Part shown: one piece after another, positions 61,738 through 64,000 of the stretch
Position numbering within the stretch: the stretch's first letter is position 1
Layout of the letters: every line of letters starts with the position of its first letter
Source of the DNA: Clostridia bacterium
Lineage (GTDB): Bacteria; Bacillota; Clostridia; TANB77; CAG-465
Direction: 5' to 3'
DNA length: 64,000 bases
NCBI GenBank assembly: GCA_030524345.1
Contig: JAUNGP010000008.1
Location: 1,610 to 65,609 of the forward strand
The notes under the pieces: generated by a model
Seen by the model: only the letters and a program-made list of their open reading frames with translations
Told to the model about the DNA's origin: nothing
Databases searched by the model: none
Position numbers and translations under genes: made by a program

Positions 61738-64000
61738 TTAATATTGGTAATAGTAATAATAATTGTTATTTTTGTTATTCTTTTCATCATCATTATTGTC
61801 GTCATTATGATTGTTATTGAAGTAATTATTAAAAAAGTTTTTATAATCATGAATCGTACAATAGCCACTAGGTTCTGTAGTACTATACCAATCATTTGGA
61901 AGTGTTGGTGGAATATAGTCTCTTTTAATGTAGGATACATTTTTCGTATAATAGCATCCAGAAGAAGCTTTTAGACCACTTACTCCACATATTTTTACAG
62001 TCTCGTGTAAATTACAATATTCTGTTGGAACAGAATCACTTGCACATATTGCTGTTATCTCTTGATTTCCTCTAGAATCGTTTCTACAGGCATCAGTAGC
62101 TAGTAATCCAGATGTTTTACAGATTTTTGTTTCTATAATTCCTTCAGGTTTATCAAAGTATTTTATCTCTTTGTTACTATGAATCTTGTTCATGACAGAA
62201 TTAAAAAGGGCCATAGATGCGTAAGGATAAGGTCGATTAATAGATTTATTGGTATCATATCCATTCCAACATGCGATTGTATAATAGGGGGTATATCCAC
62301 AAAACCATTGATCATAATCATAGTTGGAATTACCAGTTTTTCCAGCAAGTGGCATATTTCCGACTTTTACATATCCAGTAGCGGTTCCATTGGTAATAAC
62401 TTCTTGAAGACATTCAGTCAGCATATATGCAGTAGTATCTTTCATTGCTCTTTGAGAATTAACCTTATTATCAATTAATAGATTATCACTAGCATCTAAA
62501 ATTTTAGTATAAAAACGTGGCTTATTATACATTCCACTATTTGCAATTGTAGCATAAGCACTTGCTAATTCTAATGGAGTAACACCGTTTGTAAGTCCTC
62601 CAAGTGCTAGCGGCGCTGTATATTTGTCACTATCTACAAGACTTTTTAAACCACAATTTTTAGCAAATGTGTATGCAAAATCAGTATCGACACGTTGATT
62701 GGCCTTTACGGCAGGTAGATTCATTGATTGTGCAATTGCCTGTCGTACAGTCACAAAGCCATTGAAATATCCATACCAGTTTGCTGGGTTATACTTTCCT
62801 AAAGGAAGTGGGGAGTCATCAAGACTTGCTTCTGGAGAGGTAATTGCTCCTTTTTCAAAGGCTGGTCCATATGCACCAAATGGTTTCATACAAGAGCCCG
62901 GTTGTCTATATGATTGTGTAGCTCGATTTAAAACTAAATTTGCGCTTTTTTCGCCAATTCCACCAATGAGTCCTAAAACGTCTCCAGTGGATTGGTCTAA
63001 GACTACCATTGAAGATTGCATGATTGTACCATCATATTCTGTATAGAATATGTTGCTGGAATAATCAGCATAAGTAGTGTCTATTGCATTTTGAACAGTA
63101 GGGTCAAATGTAGAATATATTTTGTATCCTCCAGTATATACTTGTTTGATGGCTTCCTCATAAGTTAATCCTTTTTCATCTTGTAGTGTTTTGGCAAGAT
63201 CTTCGATGAGGGCATCGATGAAATAACTTTGAACTTTCGTTCCCTCAGAAGACTTTTGAAATACTAACTTGGTATTGATTGCAGTGTCATATTCTTCTTG
63301 TGTTATTTTTCCAAGTTCTAACATTTTGTTTAAAACAATTTTTTGTCTGTCTAATAGTTTTTGTTTTGCTTCTTCTCCTTTATATGGATTAGTGATTTCA
63401 GGTGACTGAATCGTTGCAGCAAGACAGGCAGCTTCCGCAAGATTTAGGTCCTTTACAGATTTTGCAAAGTAATTTTGCGATGCTATTTCTATTCCATAAG
63501 AGCCTTCTCCCATATATATAGTGTTAATATATGCTTCAAAAATTTCTTCTTTTGAAAGTTCTTTTTCCAATTTATATGCACGTACCCATTCTCTTATTTT
63601 TCTTTGTATACTAGTTTCATTATCTTTGGTAACATTTTTGATCAGTTGTTGTGTGATAGTACTACCACCAAAACTAGAATTACCACCATTTTTTAAGTAA
63701 GTAAAAATTGCCCCAAGTGTTCTTTTGATATCAATACCTTTATGTGTTAAAAAACGTTCATCTTCAATAGATATTACAGCATCTATCACTGAGTTTGGCA
63801 AGTCCTTGTATTCAACTGGAATTCTATTTTCTAGTCCATATAATTTACAAATTTCATTTCCATCTTTATCGTATATAAAAGTGGTAAGTTCAAGAGCAGT
63901 TTCTTCTGTGCCTGTTATTTTTACGATTTTGTCAAGTGAGTTAAGAAGATCTGCATTTACCTGATAAATCGGTAATGTATAAAATAGCATTATTAATAAT
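61738..64000 (-). CDS. class A penicillin-binding protein (GT51 transglycosylase + transpeptidase), N-terminus beyond window; Asn/Tyr-rich C-terminal tail
   Basis: SIEDERFLTHKGID and GGSTITQQLIKN (GT51), plus the SCMKP (SxxK) transpeptidase motif. The frame is still open at 64000 and the expected N-terminal TM is missing. Confidence 0.9.
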   Translation of the reverse strand, partial: LLIMLFYTLPIYQVNADLLNSLDKIVKITGTEETALELTTFIYDKDGNEICKLYGLENRIPVEYKDLPNSVIDAVISIEDERFLTHKGIDIKRTLGAIFTYLKNGGNSSFGGSTITQQLIKNVTKDNETSIQRKIREWVRAYKLEKELSKEEIFEAYINTIYMGEGSYGIEIASQNYFAKSVKDLNLAEAACLAATIQSPEITNPYKGEEAKQKLLDRQKIVLNKMLELGKITQEEYDTAINTKLVFQKSSEGTKVQSYFIDALIEDLAKTLQDEKGLTYEEAIKQVYTGGYKIYSTFDPTVQNAIDTTYADYSSNIFYTEYDGTIMQSSMVVLDQSTGDVLGLIGGIGEKSANLVLNRATQSYRQPGSCMKPFGAYGPAFEKGAITSPEASLDDSPLPLGKYNPANWYGYFNGFVTVRQAIAQSMNLPAVKANQRVDTDFAYTFAKNCGLKSLVDSDKYTAPLALGGLTNGVTPLELASAYATIANSGMYNKPRFYTKILDASDNLLIDNKVNSQRAMKDTTAYMLTECLQEVITNGTATGYVKVGNMPLAGKTGNSNYDYDQWFCGYTPYYTIACWNGYDTNKSINRPYPYASMALFNSVMNKIHSNKEIKYFDKPEGIIETKICKTSGLLATDACRNDSRGNQEITAICASDSVPTEYCNLHETVKICGVSGLKASSGCYYTKNVSYIKRDYIPPTLPNDWYSTTEPSGYCTIHDYKNFFNNYFNNNHNDDNNDDEKNNKNNNYYYYYQY

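Noticed and set aside
61319-61974. Minus ORFs 61319..61609 and 61668..61940, and plus ORF 61744..61974.
   Set aside because: The first is antisense to the SD-preceded 126-aa gene; long antisense ORFs are expected in locally GC-richer DNA. The other two are alternative-frame or antisense readings of the low-complexity PBP tail.

Overview
This is a low-GC (about 28-30% by eye) Firmicutes/Clostridia-type chromosomal segment. It is densely coded and mostly housekeeping. All calls come from reading the sequence and ORF track only; family names come from recalled motifs, not from searches.

The core is the translation/RNA operon rimP-nusA-ylxR-infB-rbfA-nrnA-truB (10.5-17.6 kb). It has no ylxQ and no ribF-rpsO-pnp continuation.

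Other recognisable genes:
- Translation and nucleotide metabolism: cysS, two ABC-F ATPases, two NrnA-type DHH phosphoesterases, two NUDIX hydrolases, an RluA-type pseudouridine synthase and asd.
- Cell envelope: a FemX-type transferase, a partial class A PBP, a MurJ/SpoVB-type flippase, an M15 peptidase and two glycosyltransferases.
- Transport and stress: MscS, MscL, an ArsR-CadA metal efflux pair, a Bce-type peptide-antibiotic module (RR, HK, ABC ATPase, FtsX permease) and an ECF sigma operon.
- RNA and DNA-binding: HU and one canonical tRNA-Arg(TCT).

I saw no rRNA, CRISPR array, transposase, integrase or prophage genes.

Most unusual items:
1. A self-contained, strongly promoted and terminated RNA gene lies just upstream of rimP. 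It folds as a tRNA-Phe-like cloverleaf but has an aberrant D arm and an 18-nt anticodon arm, and a second helix follows it.
2. Three tandem paralogous pseudopilin-like proteins sit right after truB. Their prepilin motif is degenerate, two carry Ig-like C-terminal extensions, and no pilus assembly genes occur in the window.
3. Five paralogs of one multipass membrane family are present. A divergent pair shares a perfect, codon-phased 48-nt inverted repeat that could mediate inversion or domain swapping.
4. An ABC-F gene is wedged inside the Bce module, and both of the module's promoters carry TNACA-N4-TGTAA-type boxes.
5. A small block of higher GC contains an unannotated 51-aa double CxxCxGxG miniprotein and an orphan 126-aa gene.
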